The notes below the pieces were generated by a model. The model had not been told where the DNA came from, made no database searches, and worked only from the letters and a program-made list of their open reading frames with translations. This document shows positions 18,259 through 28,568 of a stretch of 64,000 bases of DNA, in pieces (the first letter of the stretch is position 1; every line of letters starts with the position of its first letter). The translations under genes and the position numbers were made by a program. Source of the stretch: Escherichia phage T5; sequence record NC_005859.1; one strand, given 5' to 3'.

Positions 18259-19024
18259 GTCTTGGGGCGAAACTACTGGCGGTTCTAACGATAAAATCGA
18301 ATTCCTGAAGTTCAACAACGGTATCACTCGTGTTCGTATCGTTTCTGGTGTTCTTCCACGTTATGTCTATTGGCTGACTAATAAAGAGGGTAGCGTAGCT
18401 CCTTTCGAATGTCTCCGTTTTAACCGTGACAAAGAGAGCTTTGTTCGTGGTAAAGCTGATCCGGTTCATGAGTTGGGCTTCTTTGAGAAAGAGCTGGATA
18501 AAGATGGCAATCGTGTACCGCTGAAACCGAAGAAAAACTATATCGCTTTTGTTATCGACCGTTCTGATAACAAACTGAAAGTAATGGAAGTCAAAGCTAC
18601 TATTCTGAAAGGCATCCAGTCTATCATGAAGCAGTTGAATCTGGCAACTCCGTTTGATATTGATATTTCTATCGAGAAAAAAGGCAAAGGTTTCGATACT
18701 GAGTATGATGTACAGCAGATTGCTGCTATGCAGTTCCAGATTAAGCTGCAAGATCCTAACAGTGCAGAATCTAAGCAATATGCTGCAGATGTAGATCTGA
18801 TTGGTGAAGCTATGTGTGACGAAGATGGCGACATCATTAAGTTCGAGAAAGTTCCTTCTCTGGAACAAACCTATCCGGTTCCTACCTATGAAGAGCAGAA
18901 AGAAGCAATTCAAGCCTTCATGGAAGGTCGTGAGAATAAAGATGACGATGCCAAGTCTGGTAACAGCAATGCTGGTTCTCAGAAAGGTATTGACCAGGAA
19001 GCTGCAAGCGATCTGGATGACTAA
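18251..19024 (+). CDS. abundant acidic-tailed protein, possibly ssDNA-binding
   Basis: 257 aa; strong RBS agagga; optimised codons; acidic C-terminus DQEAASDLDD as in many SSBs; function inferred only. Confidence 0.65.
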   Translation: MAKSWGETTGGSNDKIEFLKFNNGITRVRIVSGVLPRYVYWLTNKEGSVAPFECLRFNRDKESFVRGKADPVHELGFFEKELDKDGNRVPLKPKKNYIAFVIDRSDNKLKVMEVKATILKGIQSIMKQLNLATPFDIDISIEKKGKGFDTEYDVQQIAAMQFQIKLQDPNSAESKQYAADVDLIGEAMCDEDGDIIKFEKVPSLEQTYPVPTYEEQKEAIQAFMEGRENKDDDAKSGNSNAGSQKGIDQEAASDLDD

Positions 19025-19030
19025 TAAATA

Positions 19031-19055
19031 GAGGGGCTTCGGCCCCTTTCTTTTT
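19031..19055 (+). terminator. rho-independent terminator
   Basis: aggggc-ttcg-gcccct hairpin followed by T-run. Confidence 0.75.
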
Positions 19056-19060
19056 AATAT

Positions 19061-20038
19061 ATGAGAATATTATTTAGTGCTGATCATCATATCAAACTAG
19101 GACAAGATAAAGTTCCAAAGGAATGGCAGAAGCGTCGCTTCCTGATGCTAGGAGAACGGTTAAATGATATATTCCATAATCATAACTGTGATCTTCATAT
19201 TGCTGGTGGTGATATACTTGATGTTGCCGACCCGTCGTCAGAAGAAATAGAACTGCTTGAACAGTTCATGTCAAGACTTGACCATCCAGGCAAAATTTTT
19301 ACTGGAAATCATGAAATGTTAACTAAAACCATTTCGTGTCTGTATCATTACGCAGGGGTTATTAATAAAGTAACTAGTGGGAAGTGGGAAGTAATTACCA
19401 AACCATATCGTTCCCCTGAATTTGATATTGTTCCGTATGATGAGATCCATAAAGCTAAGTGGAAACCTCCGGTATCAAAACTATGTTTCACGCATGTTCG
19501 TGGTGAAATCCCTCCACATGTAAAACCAGAAATTGATCTAACTAAGTACAACTGTTATGATACTGTAATTGCTGGCGATTTACATTCTTATACTAATAGC
19601 CAGACTATCGGATCTACTAGACTCCTCTACCCAGGGTCTCCATTAACTACATCGTTCCATAGAGAACGCACAAAAGGTACAAATGGTTGCTTTATTATTG
19701 ATACCGACACATTAAAAGTAGAATGGATTGAACTAGGTGATTTACCACAACTGATTCGTAAAACAATCGGAGCAGGTGAAGAGATGGAACCTAGTGATTA
19801 TGATCGTGTAGTCTACGAAGTTACTGGTGACGTTGTTCAATTAAAGTCTATCAAAGACTCTGATTTATTAGATAAGAAGATTAACCATCGAGTTACTAAA
19901 GACGCTAAGTTAAATCTTGTTGATCTTGATATGTTAGGTGAACTTGAACTTTACTTCCGTGAAGTCGAGAAGCTATCTCAAGGCGACATTGATAGAATCT
20001 TGGCTAGAGCTGCGAAATATGTCAAAGATTACAATTAA
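19061..20038 (+). CDS. SbcD/Mre11-like metallophosphoesterase nuclease (T5 D12-like)
   Basis: 325 aa; N-terminal ILFSADHH and GGDILD calcineurin-like motifs. Confidence 0.8.
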   Translation: MRILFSADHHIKLGQDKVPKEWQKRRFLMLGERLNDIFHNHNCDLHIAGGDILDVADPSSEEIELLEQFMSRLDHPGKIFTGNHEMLTKTISCLYHYAGVINKVTSGKWEVITKPYRSPEFDIVPYDEIHKAKWKPPVSKLCFTHVRGEIPPHVKPEIDLTKYNCYDTVIAGDLHSYTNSQTIGSTRLLYPGSPLTTSFHRERTKGTNGCFIIDTDTLKVEWIELGDLPQLIRKTIGAGEEMEPSDYDRVVYEVTGDVVQLKSIKDSDLLDKKINHRVTKDAKLNLVDLDMLGELELYFREVEKLSQGDIDRILARAAKYVKDYN

Positions 20039-21857
20039 GACACTAAAATTTAGTAACGTTATGTCTTACGGTAAGGACATCGTAATTCATTTCGATAAGA
20101 ATCCAGTTACTCAACTAATTGGGGGCAATGGGCTAGGGAAATCCACCATCGCTACGGTTATCGAGGAGTTGTTTTATAACAAGAACTCTCGAGGTATCAA
20201 GAAGGATGCATTGTTCTCTTGGAATGCCCCTAAGAAAGAATACGATATGCACGCTTACTTCTCAAAAGATGAAGATGAGTATGAATTGCATAAAGTAGTT
20301 AAATCAACTGCTAAAGTTACACTCATTAAGAATGGAGAAGATATTAGTGGGCATACGGCAACCCAAACATATAAGATGATTGAAGAGATTATGGGTGGTG
20401 ACTTTCAAACATTCACCAAACTAATTTATCAATCAGTGGGTTCCAACCTAGATTTTCTAAAAGCAACGGATGCAACACGTAAGGCTTTTCTTGTTAACTT
20501 GTTCAATCAAGAGCAATACAAAGAAATGTCGGAAACTATTAAGGCTGACCGTAAAGAAATAGCAAATACCTTAAATAATTTGCAGGGCCAGATGGCTGTA
20601 ATTACGAAAATCCTTAATGGGAAAAATAATCTAGGAACTTTGCAGGAACCTGTAGAAGTACCGGAGTTTGATGAAGAGCCATTAGCACAAGAACTTACTG
20701 AATCGAAAATTAAGGCGGCATTAGCCAAGTCTCAAGAGGCTAATATTACTAAGTTGCGTAATTTGGACAAAGCTGTACAAGTTGCCGAACAATCTTTCGA
20801 ACCTTTCAAAAATTTGCCCGCGCCCACCGACCAAAATGAAGAGATCTCGAGTGTTACGCGTGACCTAACGATTGTGACCTCACGTGCGAGCGAAGTTAAG
20901 AAACGTTATCAGAAGTTCAAGCAAGAGGCTTCAAATACTGAATGTCCTACTTGCGGTACTCATCTGAATACAACTGCTGCTCAAAAAGCCATGGATATGG
21001 CTAGAGTAGAATATGATCCTCTGTTCAAAGAGAAGCAATCTCTTGAAGCTAAGCTAGAACAGTTGAAGAAAGAACAACTTGAGTACGTTGCGTATACTAG
21101 AGCAAAGGATGCTTTGGATAAAGCAGTGGTAGCTAGAGACGAGTTCAAAAATTCAATGAGTGATGCTTCTTTTGAAGAACTCAATGTGCAAATCCTACAG
21201 GTGCAAATCCGACAATTAGAGCAGGAAATCGCTGATGGCCGTTCTAAGGTTGCAATTGCCAAAGAGCATAATGCAACTGTCGAATTAGCCAATGCAAAAT
21301 ATAAAGCAAAGCTAGAACAGATTGAGAAAGCAGAAGCAGAAATGACTGAGATTACCTCCAAACTGGATGGAGTATCAGAAGCTGTTGCTGATCTCGATAT
21401 TCTAATTGCTGCATTGAAAAATCTGGTGGGGTATAAACTAGAGCATAGTGTGAAAGTATTTGAAGAGCTAATTAATAAATATCTTTCTATTATGACTGGC
21501 GGTAAATTCGCACTTGGATTTGAACTTGATGAAACAAAATTACAAGTAGTAATCTTCAATGATGGAAATCGTACCAGTATGGAGAACTGCTCTACTGGTC
21601 AGCAAAGTCGAATTAATCTAGCAACCCTGTTAGCTATTCGGATGCTGTTAACATCTATTAGTAAAGTTAATATTAATCTTCTATTCCTTGATGAAGTAAT
21701 TAGCTTTATTGATACGAAAGGACTTGATACTCTCGTTGAACTATTAAATGAGGAAGAAAGTCTAAATTCTATCATTGTTTCTCATGGGCATACGCATCCA
21801 TTAGCTCATAAGATTACTGTCAAAAAAGATGCAGAAGGATTTTCCTACTTAGAATAA
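20019..21857 (+). CDS. SbcC/Rad50-like ATPase (T5 D13-like)
   Basis: Walker A GGNGLGKST; long coiled-coil middle; signature/Walker B region LFLDEV; start set at internal ATG 20019 (track start 19938 overlaps D12 by 100 nt). Confidence 0.8.
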   Translation: MSKITIKTLKFSNVMSYGKDIVIHFDKNPVTQLIGGNGLGKSTIATVIEELFYNKNSRGIKKDALFSWNAPKKEYDMHAYFSKDEDEYELHKVVKSTAKVTLIKNGEDISGHTATQTYKMIEEIMGGDFQTFTKLIYQSVGSNLDFLKATDATRKAFLVNLFNQEQYKEMSETIKADRKEIANTLNNLQGQMAVITKILNGKNNLGTLQEPVEVPEFDEEPLAQELTESKIKAALAKSQEANITKLRNLDKAVQVAEQSFEPFKNLPAPTDQNEEISSVTRDLTIVTSRASEVKKRYQKFKQEASNTECPTCGTHLNTTAAQKAMDMARVEYDPLFKEKQSLEAKLEQLKKEQLEYVAYTRAKDALDKAVVARDEFKNSMSDASFEELNVQILQVQIRQLEQEIADGRSKVAIAKEHNATVELANAKYKAKLEQIEKAEAEMTEITSKLDGVSEAVADLDILIAALKNLVGYKLEHSVKVFEELINKYLSIMTGGKFALGFELDETKLQVVIFNDGNRTSMENCSTGQQSRINLATLLAIRMLLTSISKVNINLLFLDEVISFIDTKGLDTLVELLNEEESLNSIIVSHGHTHPLAHKITVKKDAEGFSYLE

Positions 21858-21860
21858 AAC

Positions 21861-22343
21861 ATGGCTGTAGATAGTAGAGAGAAAGGTAAACGTGGAGAAT
21901 ATCAGGTAAGAGATATTCTACGTGAGCGTACAGGTCTTGAGTGGGAACGTGTTCCTGGCTCTGGTGCTTTTGGCCAGAGCCACGGACTGAAAGGTGACAT
22001 CTACCTTCCACCACAAAGTGGACACATTAGTAAATACTGCTTCGAAGTTAAGTGGTATAAAGATGATAATATATCAAGTAATTTATTTAATGTTGGTGAA
22101 TCCACTCTAGAGAAGTGGTGGCAGCAGTGCTCACGTGAAGGTGAGCAGATGAACTCCAAACCTGCATTAATATTCAAAAAAGACAGAGGACAGTGGTTAA
22201 TAGCTTTGGATAGCTCAGACCCGATGGTTGACAACTTAATGAGTCGTACCCATATGGTGTTAAATAAGAAAGACATGGAAATCGTAATTGGTTTATTTGA
22301 GCCGTGGCTACATCATGCATCTGTTGAGGACTTAATTAAATAA
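21861..22343 (+). CDS. hypothetical protein (T5 D14-like position)
   Basis: 160-aa ORF between SbcC-like and FEN genes. Confidence 0.6.
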   Translation: MAVDSREKGKRGEYQVRDILRERTGLEWERVPGSGAFGQSHGLKGDIYLPPQSGHISKYCFEVKWYKDDNISSNLFNVGESTLEKWWQQCSREGEQMNSKPALIFKKDRGQWLIALDSSDPMVDNLMSRTHMVLNKKDMEIVIGLFEPWLHHASVEDLIK

Positions 22344-23218
22344 TGAGTAAATCCTGGGGAAAATTTATTGAAGAAGAGGAAGCTGAAATGGCTTCCCGTC
22401 GTAATCTAATGATTGTCGATGGAACTAACTTAGGCTTTCGCTTCAAACATAACAATAGTAAAAAACCATTTGCCTCAAGTTATGTTTCAACTATTCAATC
22501 TCTGGCAAAATCCTACTCTGCCAGAACTACGATTGTTCTAGGTGATAAGGGAAAATCCGTATTTCGTCTAGAACATCTACCAGAGTATAAAGGTAATCGT
22601 GATGAAAAGTACGCACAACGTACGGAAGAGGAGAAAGCGCTAGATGAGCAGTTCTTTGAGTATTTGAAGGATGCTTTCGAGTTGTGTAAAACTACATTCC
22701 CAACTTTTACCATTCGTGGTGTAGAAGCAGACGATATGGCAGCTTATATTGTTAAGCTCATCGGGCATCTTTATGATCACGTTTGGCTAATATCTACAGA
22801 TGGTGACTGGGATACTTTATTAACGGATAAAGTTTCTCGTTTTTCTTTCACAACACGTCGTGAGTATCATCTTCGTGATATGTATGAACATCATAATGTT
22901 GATGATGTTGAGCAGTTTATCTCCCTGAAAGCAATTATGGGAGATCTAGGAGATAATATTCGTGGTGTTGAAGGAATAGGAGCAAAACGCGGATATAATA
23001 TTATTCGTGAGTTTGGTAACGTACTGGATATTATTGATCAGCTTCCACTGCCTGGAAAGCAGAAATATATACAGAACCTGAATGCATCGGAAGAACTGCT
23101 TTTCCGAAACTTGATTCTGGTTGATTTACCTACCTACTGTGTGGATGCTATTGCTGCTGTAGGTCAAGATGTGTTAGATAAGTTTACAAAAGATATTTTG
23201 GAGATTGCAGAACAATGA
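22343..23218 (+). CDS. D15: flap endonuclease / 5'-3' exonuclease (T5 D15-like)
   Basis: 291 aa, same length as T5 FEN; N-terminal LMIVDGTNLGFR and acidic metal-binding residues. Confidence 0.85.
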   Translation: MSKSWGKFIEEEEAEMASRRNLMIVDGTNLGFRFKHNNSKKPFASSYVSTIQSLAKSYSARTTIVLGDKGKSVFRLEHLPEYKGNRDEKYAQRTEEEKALDEQFFEYLKDAFELCKTTFPTFTIRGVEADDMAAYIVKLIGHLYDHVWLISTDGDWDTLLTDKVSRFSFTTRREYHLRDMYEHHNVDDVEQFISLKAIMGDLGDNIRGVEGIGAKRGYNIIREFGNVLDIIDQLPLPGKQKYIQNLNASEELLFRNLILVDLPTYCVDAIAAVGQDVLDKFTKDILEIAEQ

Positions 23219-23661
23219 TTAAAATTAAGTTAACTCATCCAGATTGTATGCCTAAGATTGGATCTGAAGATGCCGCAGGTATGGATCTGCGAGCATTCTT
23301 TGGTACTAATCCTGCAGCGGATTTACGAGCTATTGCACCAGGCAAATCCCTAATGATTGACACCGGTGTTGCGGTAGAAATTCCGCGAGGTTGGTTCGGT
23401 TTGGTGGTTCCTCGTAGCTCTTTAGGTAAGCGCCATTTGATGATCGCAAACACCGCAGGAGTGATCGACTCAGACTATCGTGGTACTATTAAGATGAACC
23501 TCTATAATTATGGTTCTGAAATGCAAACTCTAGAGAATTTCGAAAGACTTTGTCAGTTGGTAGTGCTACCACATTATTCAACCCATAACTTTAAAATCGT
23601 TGACGAACTAGAGGAGACTATTCGTGGAGAAGGCGGATTTGGAAGTTCAGGAAGCAAATAA
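23215..23661 (+). CDS. dut: dUTPase
   Basis: 148 aa; dUTPase motifs AAGMDL, RSSLGKR, GVIDSDYRG. Confidence 0.85.
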   Translation: MIKIKLTHPDCMPKIGSEDAAGMDLRAFFGTNPAADLRAIAPGKSLMIDTGVAVEIPRGWFGLVVPRSSLGKRHLMIANTAGVIDSDYRGTIKMNLYNYGSEMQTLENFERLCQLVVLPHYSTHNFKIVDELEETIRGEGGFGSSGSK

Positions 23662-23887
23662 TTTTACTGATCCTAATATAGTAGGTACTGATACTAGTAC
23701 ACCAACTTATCAGACTAAAACTACAGAACCAGAAACGTTTGTACTAAAAACAGACAAAGAAGGTAATGTTACTTTCTGGGATCCTGAAGGTTTTGTAGAG
23801 CTTTGTACTAATACAGATAATGATCAGTTAAAATTACTACTAACTATTTATAATCTTGGTATTATAGAAGGTTGTAGAAGTGAATAA
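23624..23887 (+). CDS. hypothetical small protein
   Basis: 87-aa ORF overlapping dUTPase end; followed by terminator. Confidence 0.4.
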   Translation: MEKADLEVQEANNFTDPNIVGTDTSTPTYQTKTTEPETFVLKTDKEGNVTFWDPEGFVELCTNTDNDQLKLLLTIYNLGIIEGCRSE

Positions 23888-23895
23888 TAGAAAAA

Positions 23896-23930
23896 CCCCA
23901 GTGGACAAAATCCACTGGGGTTTCTTTTTT
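23896..23930 (+). terminator. rho-independent terminator ending the plus-strand module
   Basis: 10-bp stem ccccagtgga / tccactgggg, loop caaaa, then 10-nt T-run. Confidence 0.85.
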
Positions 23931-24084
23931 ATTAAACCTTACTAGCAAGTAAAGAATTAACTACTTGGGTTAAGTCTGCTATTTGCTTTTTAAAATCTCT
24001 ATTAGACAATTAGCTGAGTGTTTGTCATATAATATTGCTATTGAATACCTAGCTCGATGATGTTTCCCTGTAAAATGCTATGTG

Positions 24085-24116
24085 AAAATAAAGGGGCCTA
24101 ATGACCCCTCTTTTTT
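24085..24116. terminator. bidirectional terminator-like hairpin at convergent junction
   Basis: aggggcc..gacccct hairpin flanked by A-run on one side and T-run on the other; directly 3' of tail fibre gene. Confidence 0.55.
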
Positions 24117-27100
24117 ACATACCTAATTTATCCTCAATTGCAGATAACCTCGCTTCAAATCCTTTTGCGATAAAAAGGTTTAACTCTTCAAGGCGGAATG
24201 AGTAATGATCGCCAGCCGGGATTGTTTTGTAGATCGGGTTTTCAGTTCCATCTTCATTTGCAGGGCCGTATTCAGAAACAACCGTATGTTCATCCCATTT
24301 GTCATAGCAGATGAAACCATATTTGAACGGATCAAGCCCAAAACTTTCCATGATCTCAATTGCACGCTGCACGGTCAAACCGCAGTGTTCGCGAATATCA
24401 TTCATGTCAGCTTGCTCCTTCCACGTCCAAAACCCAATCTCCTTCGCAATAGCTTTGGCCGCTTCGGTTTCAGGATCGCTCATGGCTCGAACATCGTTCT
24501 TCAATCTAGCATCGGAGGTGTTAATTGTACCATTTACGGCGTAAACCTGCTTAACCCTACCAGATCCCCAGCCTAAGTTATATCTGTTATCTGCCATCGG
24601 CATTAACGTTCCGTTATGGTCAACCCCCCACCGTGGGAGACGAGAGATGCTTCCAGACTCACATGTCTCCAACACAACCTGTGTTGGCGTTGAAGTTGGA
24701 CCCCACCCCCCAGCGGACTTAATTGCTACACTACCACGCATTGAGTCGAACTTCTCTCCATCATGACCAGACGCACCAATATAGAAAGTCGAACCGGGTT
24801 GTGTAGCGCCAATATATCGCGTCGTATCTGCTAGACTACCATCACACCACATAGCTCGAATAGCTGGCGCCGAGGCCCCAGAACCACGTGGCGCAATCAA
24901 GTCAATCTCTGGTGCCTGGGGTGCAACAATTTTCAGCCCTCGTCCATCCTGTATACTCGGGGCGTTAAACCTAGGCACAGCAGCATTTAGTGTTTCAATG
25001 CTACGCACCAACCCAAGATCTGAGTGCATAGCTCCATCTGGAACTAGCCAAAGATCTCCATTATCTGACAGTCTGAATGCCGGAACCCTATCGCTAATCG
25101 TCTTACCTTTAGGAGTGACAAGTAAACGAATCCACCCCCCGTGATTGGTTGCCGATGTATCGCCAGCCCCCAGGAAATGCAATGCTGCATTGCTATGTTC
25201 AGTATATGTAGAACCTAACCACGGGCGTGAACCATAACCACCTAAAAGCTGGTTGTTCTTCGTTACGCTATTGGACGCTCCGCGAGTGTAGTTATGGAAC
25301 ACGGCAGAACCTCCAGCCGTATTCTCAATACCAAAAGAACACTCCGTTGCGCTATCGCCGATAAAGTTAACGCCAATCCCGGTTGTCGCGGTTGTCTCCT
25401 TCAGTGGTAAGCTCTGTGACGCGGTAACATCAATCTCTTTGCTATTGACACCACCCTTAACAACCAAATCACCATTTGGTGAAAGAATCATCTGACCTTC
25501 CGATATCCCATCACCATTTGGTCGAAAATATATCATTTGACCAGCTTTTGCGCTAATGATTGGAGAGCCTGCATTGTTGCAACGAATTGCCGCACCTTGA
25601 CCAAATGAGATTTTTGTGTCTCCAGCGCTGGCCGATGTGCAAGAAATTTCAACCTGGTTATCTAGCGACGTTGCCCCCGCTGGACGAAGCTGCAATAGTC
25701 TATCAGTTCCGCCAGAGGAAGATAAAATCAATCTACCTTCACCACCTTCACGAACTATAGAGCCGCGACCAATTACGATCCCCTTATCAGACGATGGCAT
25801 TTTTGATGTAGCGCCGCCACCAACACCGAGGTTTCCGTTCAGAACGCCAGCGCCACCAACCGAAAGCTCATTACCAGACAGGCGACCTGATACGCTCATT
25901 GACTTAACACTCACATCTTGGTTCATGCCGCTGACAACAGACTCACGCCAGGCTGACCACGTGCCATTGCTACAATAACGTGTAAACTCACGATTTAAGT
26001 CAGTGCCAAAAAGTCGCTGGCGGTTAGTGAAATCAGTGTCACCCACTTTGCGGATTGACTCGACGTAAAGAATGAAGTTACCACCTATTCCGCTTGGCTT
26101 GTTGGTAATGTTGTTGCCGCCACCAGCACTAACGCACTGGTAAACACGAATCGACCCGGGATCGCTTTTCTTAATCATCAAGGAGTTAAGATCAAGTTCC
26201 TGGTCACTAATGTTTTTAGCCTCCCAAGGTCCGGCGAATCCATTAGTAAAATCCATTAGCCCAGCAACAGAGAAACCAGCATCCATCATCTTGCGCGTTA
26301 CAATCTTGCTGTTTTGTTTATGATCAGGATTCTCACCAAAAGCTAGATCTCCATCAATATCAATACCTAGAAGCTTTGCGTTCATGTTATTGAGCTTGAA
26401 TCCAACCGACACATTAGAATCTGAGTCGCGCACTAACATGATGGGCGTATGTTGCTTACCACTGACTCGCAGGTTTGTAGCAGCTGTGTTTGTGTCATCG
26501 TTGGAAAATTCAGCAGTCCGAGATGAGATCTTATAACTGATCTTTGCATCTTTCGCTTCGATTCGCCCATCGTGACGCACGATAAAATCTCCAGTACTGG
26601 TGCCGTCGGAAGTCTTAGCCCTGATGTGGATTTCGCCAAGTGAGCCATTGTTTGGTGGTGACCAAATAACACCGCGCTCGCCTCCGTCGTTGTTCATGAA
26701 CCACAGATGGGCGTTTCCTTGTGTTGATTTTAACCTGATAGACGGCGTTTCTTTCCGTATATCAAGATCACCTGACATAACATCGCCTGCTTTTTTCACC
26801 TGCGCATCGTTAGTTACGTTGCCAAGTCCAACGTCCGATTTCGACGGTTTGTTTGCCGTGCCGTAGAGAGTGTTGGCGTAAACAATGTCACTTGCAAGGT
26901 TGCGGTCAGTGGTTGCTAGCACCTTAACGATTCCAGTGTTGTACTGCACGTTAATTGCAGCATGGGTATCTCCGCAATGAGAGTAAAAGCCAGAACCGTG
27001 ATCGTTAATATCAACGTTTGCACCTGATTCGCGAGCCGCTCGCCAGTATTGACCGCCATTAGCTTTAAGCTTGTTGATCAAGTCTACGTTGCTCTGCACG

Positions 27101-28305
27101 GAGCTATAGGAAAGACCGTTACCGCCAAGACCGAAAGCGCCTACAAGCATAGCATTTTCAAGGCCCAAGTCTGCCTTAGTAGGCTTATTTACCTGGTCGT
27201 AAATCCTTGCGGCTAGGCTTTCAATAAATCCTGATGGTTGAGTATCTTGACTAACAAATCCTTCTGGAATGTATAATTCAGTCCTGCCAGTCTGTGCCAG
27301 TACTGCAACCCTTGTTTCTTTAATAAAGGCTCGCTGATAGCACCAGACTTCGAAATAGCCATCACCTTCTACAAGGCCGTAACGCAGTTGGTTATCCCAG
27401 GCAAGGTTTGGTGAACCGAGTCGGCGAACACTTAAAAATTTAGTTATATTTTCACTGGTTACCCCTCTTGCATCGTTAAGACCGCGAGCAGATATCTCTA
27501 CAAAGTCAATATTACCGTAACTTGAACCGTAGTTACCGCCATTTGTAATCATTAGCGTTAGGTGACAGCTTACTGCACCTGGATCGGTAAGTTTAGCTAT
27601 CTTGACGTAAACGCTATTGTTGTTTGTACCGACGGGCCAGTCGTATTGCGTTACTGGGCTTACGAGTTCACTTGCCATATCGAGATATTCTTTCGCCTTA
27701 TTCTCTGACGTTTTGGCATTGGTTTCGCTTGTTTTTGCTGCTGTCTCGCTTTTCTTTGCATTGGTTTCTGATGTTTTTGCTGCTGTGGCAGAGTTTGCAG
27801 CCGCTGTTTTTGATGCATCCGCCGCCTGAGCGCTATTACCAGCATTTGTTTCAGATGTTTTTGCGGCCCTCGCGGAATTTTCTGCCGCCGTTGCAAAGGA
27901 AGATGCGCTACTAGCACTTGATGCTGCGTTCGTTTCTGAAGTTTTTGCAGCATTTTTACTATTATTGGCGTTAGTCTCGGAAGTTTTTGCAGCTTTAGCA
28001 CTATTAGCAGAAGCAGTAGCAGAGGAGGCAGACTGAGTTGCAGATTGCTGAGAAGATGTTGCGGAAATTTCTGCCTCATTCTCAGAATCTTTGGCATTTA
28101 ACTCTGATTGCTTAGCATTAATTTCAGACTGCTTAGCTGCAGGGCCGGATGCTTTAGAAGACTCTATCGCAGAGGTTACGTCTGCAGCAGTAATAGAGCT
28201 AATGGAATTAGAAAGCACAACTGTATACTTAGGATATTTACTTGCAGTTATACTATTCTGGTCCATAGTGACCATTTGCTGTAGAATTATTTTAGTTATA
28301 GCCAT
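24115..28305 (-). CDS. ltf: L-shaped tail fibre protein (pb1-like) with C-terminal intramolecular chaperone domain
   Basis: 1396 aa, same length as T5 pb1; N-terminal AKTSETNA-type repeats; C-terminal ...AMSDPETEAAKAIAKEIGFWTWKE... chaperone/autoprotease-like segment. Confidence 0.85.
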   Translation of the reverse strand: MAITKIILQQMVTMDQNSITASKYPKYTVVLSNSISSITAADVTSAIESSKASGPAAKQSEINAKQSELNAKDSENEAEISATSSQQSATQSASSATASANSAKAAKTSETNANNSKNAAKTSETNAASSASSASSFATAAENSARAAKTSETNAGNSAQAADASKTAAANSATAAKTSETNAKKSETAAKTSETNAKTSENKAKEYLDMASELVSPVTQYDWPVGTNNNSVYVKIAKLTDPGAVSCHLTLMITNGGNYGSSYGNIDFVEISARGLNDARGVTSENITKFLSVRRLGSPNLAWDNQLRYGLVEGDGYFEVWCYQRAFIKETRVAVLAQTGRTELYIPEGFVSQDTQPSGFIESLAARIYDQVNKPTKADLGLENAMLVGAFGLGGNGLSYSSVQSNVDLINKLKANGGQYWRAARESGANVDINDHGSGFYSHCGDTHAAINVQYNTGIVKVLATTDRNLASDIVYANTLYGTANKPSKSDVGLGNVTNDAQVKKAGDVMSGDLDIRKETPSIRLKSTQGNAHLWFMNNDGGERGVIWSPPNNGSLGEIHIRAKTSDGTSTGDFIVRHDGRIEAKDAKISYKISSRTAEFSNDDTNTAATNLRVSGKQHTPIMLVRDSDSNVSVGFKLNNMNAKLLGIDIDGDLAFGENPDHKQNSKIVTRKMMDAGFSVAGLMDFTNGFAGPWEAKNISDQELDLNSLMIKKSDPGSIRVYQCVSAGGGNNITNKPSGIGGNFILYVESIRKVGDTDFTNRQRLFGTDLNREFTRYCSNGTWSAWRESVVSGMNQDVSVKSMSVSGRLSGNELSVGGAGVLNGNLGVGGGATSKMPSSDKGIVIGRGSIVREGGEGRLILSSSGGTDRLLQLRPAGATSLDNQVEISCTSASAGDTKISFGQGAAIRCNNAGSPIISAKAGQMIYFRPNGDGISEGQMILSPNGDLVVKGGVNSKEIDVTASQSLPLKETTATTGIGVNFIGDSATECSFGIENTAGGSAVFHNYTRGASNSVTKNNQLLGGYGSRPWLGSTYTEHSNAALHFLGAGDTSATNHGGWIRLLVTPKGKTISDRVPAFRLSDNGDLWLVPDGAMHSDLGLVRSIETLNAAVPRFNAPSIQDGRGLKIVAPQAPEIDLIAPRGSGASAPAIRAMWCDGSLADTTRYIGATQPGSTFYIGASGHDGEKFDSMRGSVAIKSAGGWGPTSTPTQVVLETCESGSISRLPRWGVDHNGTLMPMADNRYNLGWGSGRVKQVYAVNGTINTSDARLKNDVRAMSDPETEAAKAIAKEIGFWTWKEQADMNDIREHCGLTVQRAIEIMESFGLDPFKYGFICYDKWDEHTVVSEYGPANEDGTENPIYKTIPAGDHYSFRLEELNLFIAKGFEARLSAIEDKLGM
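27660..28100 (-). repeat. in-frame tandem coding repeats in tail fibre N-terminus
   Basis: reiterated gcattggtttc.gatgtttttgc.gctgt DNA units encoding AAKTSETNA-like peptide repeats. Confidence 0.7.
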
Positions 28306-28568
28306 TATTGAGTTACTCCATCACTAATATAAACCTTGCCTTCCATAATACGGAAAGAACTAGCAGCACTACCAACAGCTGTTCTAGTAATAATTACATC
28401 ATAGTATCCAGCCAATCTCTGTCTAGGGTTATATCTATCTCTTTCTTTGGATGCTTTGGAAGCAATAGTAGTTACAGCACTAACAGGTAGGCTTATAGAT
28501 GCTACACCTTGTGCAGCATCAACAATAGCTGTAGTAAAAGATGCTACAGTTTCAGCCCCATCTTCCAA
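28305..28568 (-). CDS. collar protein-like, C-terminal fragment (frame 2 of an apparently split gene)
   Basis: 87-aa ORF with weak TTG start; overlaps the end of 28544..28729 in a different frame. Confidence 0.4.

Noticed and set aside
20981-21559. 192-aa minus-strand ORF inside the SbcC-like gene, and similar antisense ORFs (2811..3182, 9533..10042, 18233..18913, 25616..25978, 27660..28097, 36259..36513, 44398..44817, 51389..51682)
   Set aside because: These are shadow ORFs fully embedded in much longer, motif-supported genes on the opposite strand, with low-complexity or implausible composition.
23931-24084. Promoter in the convergent intergenic region (tgtcatataatattg)
   Set aside because: The -10-like hexamer lacks a properly spaced -35, and any transcript would run antisense into terminators.
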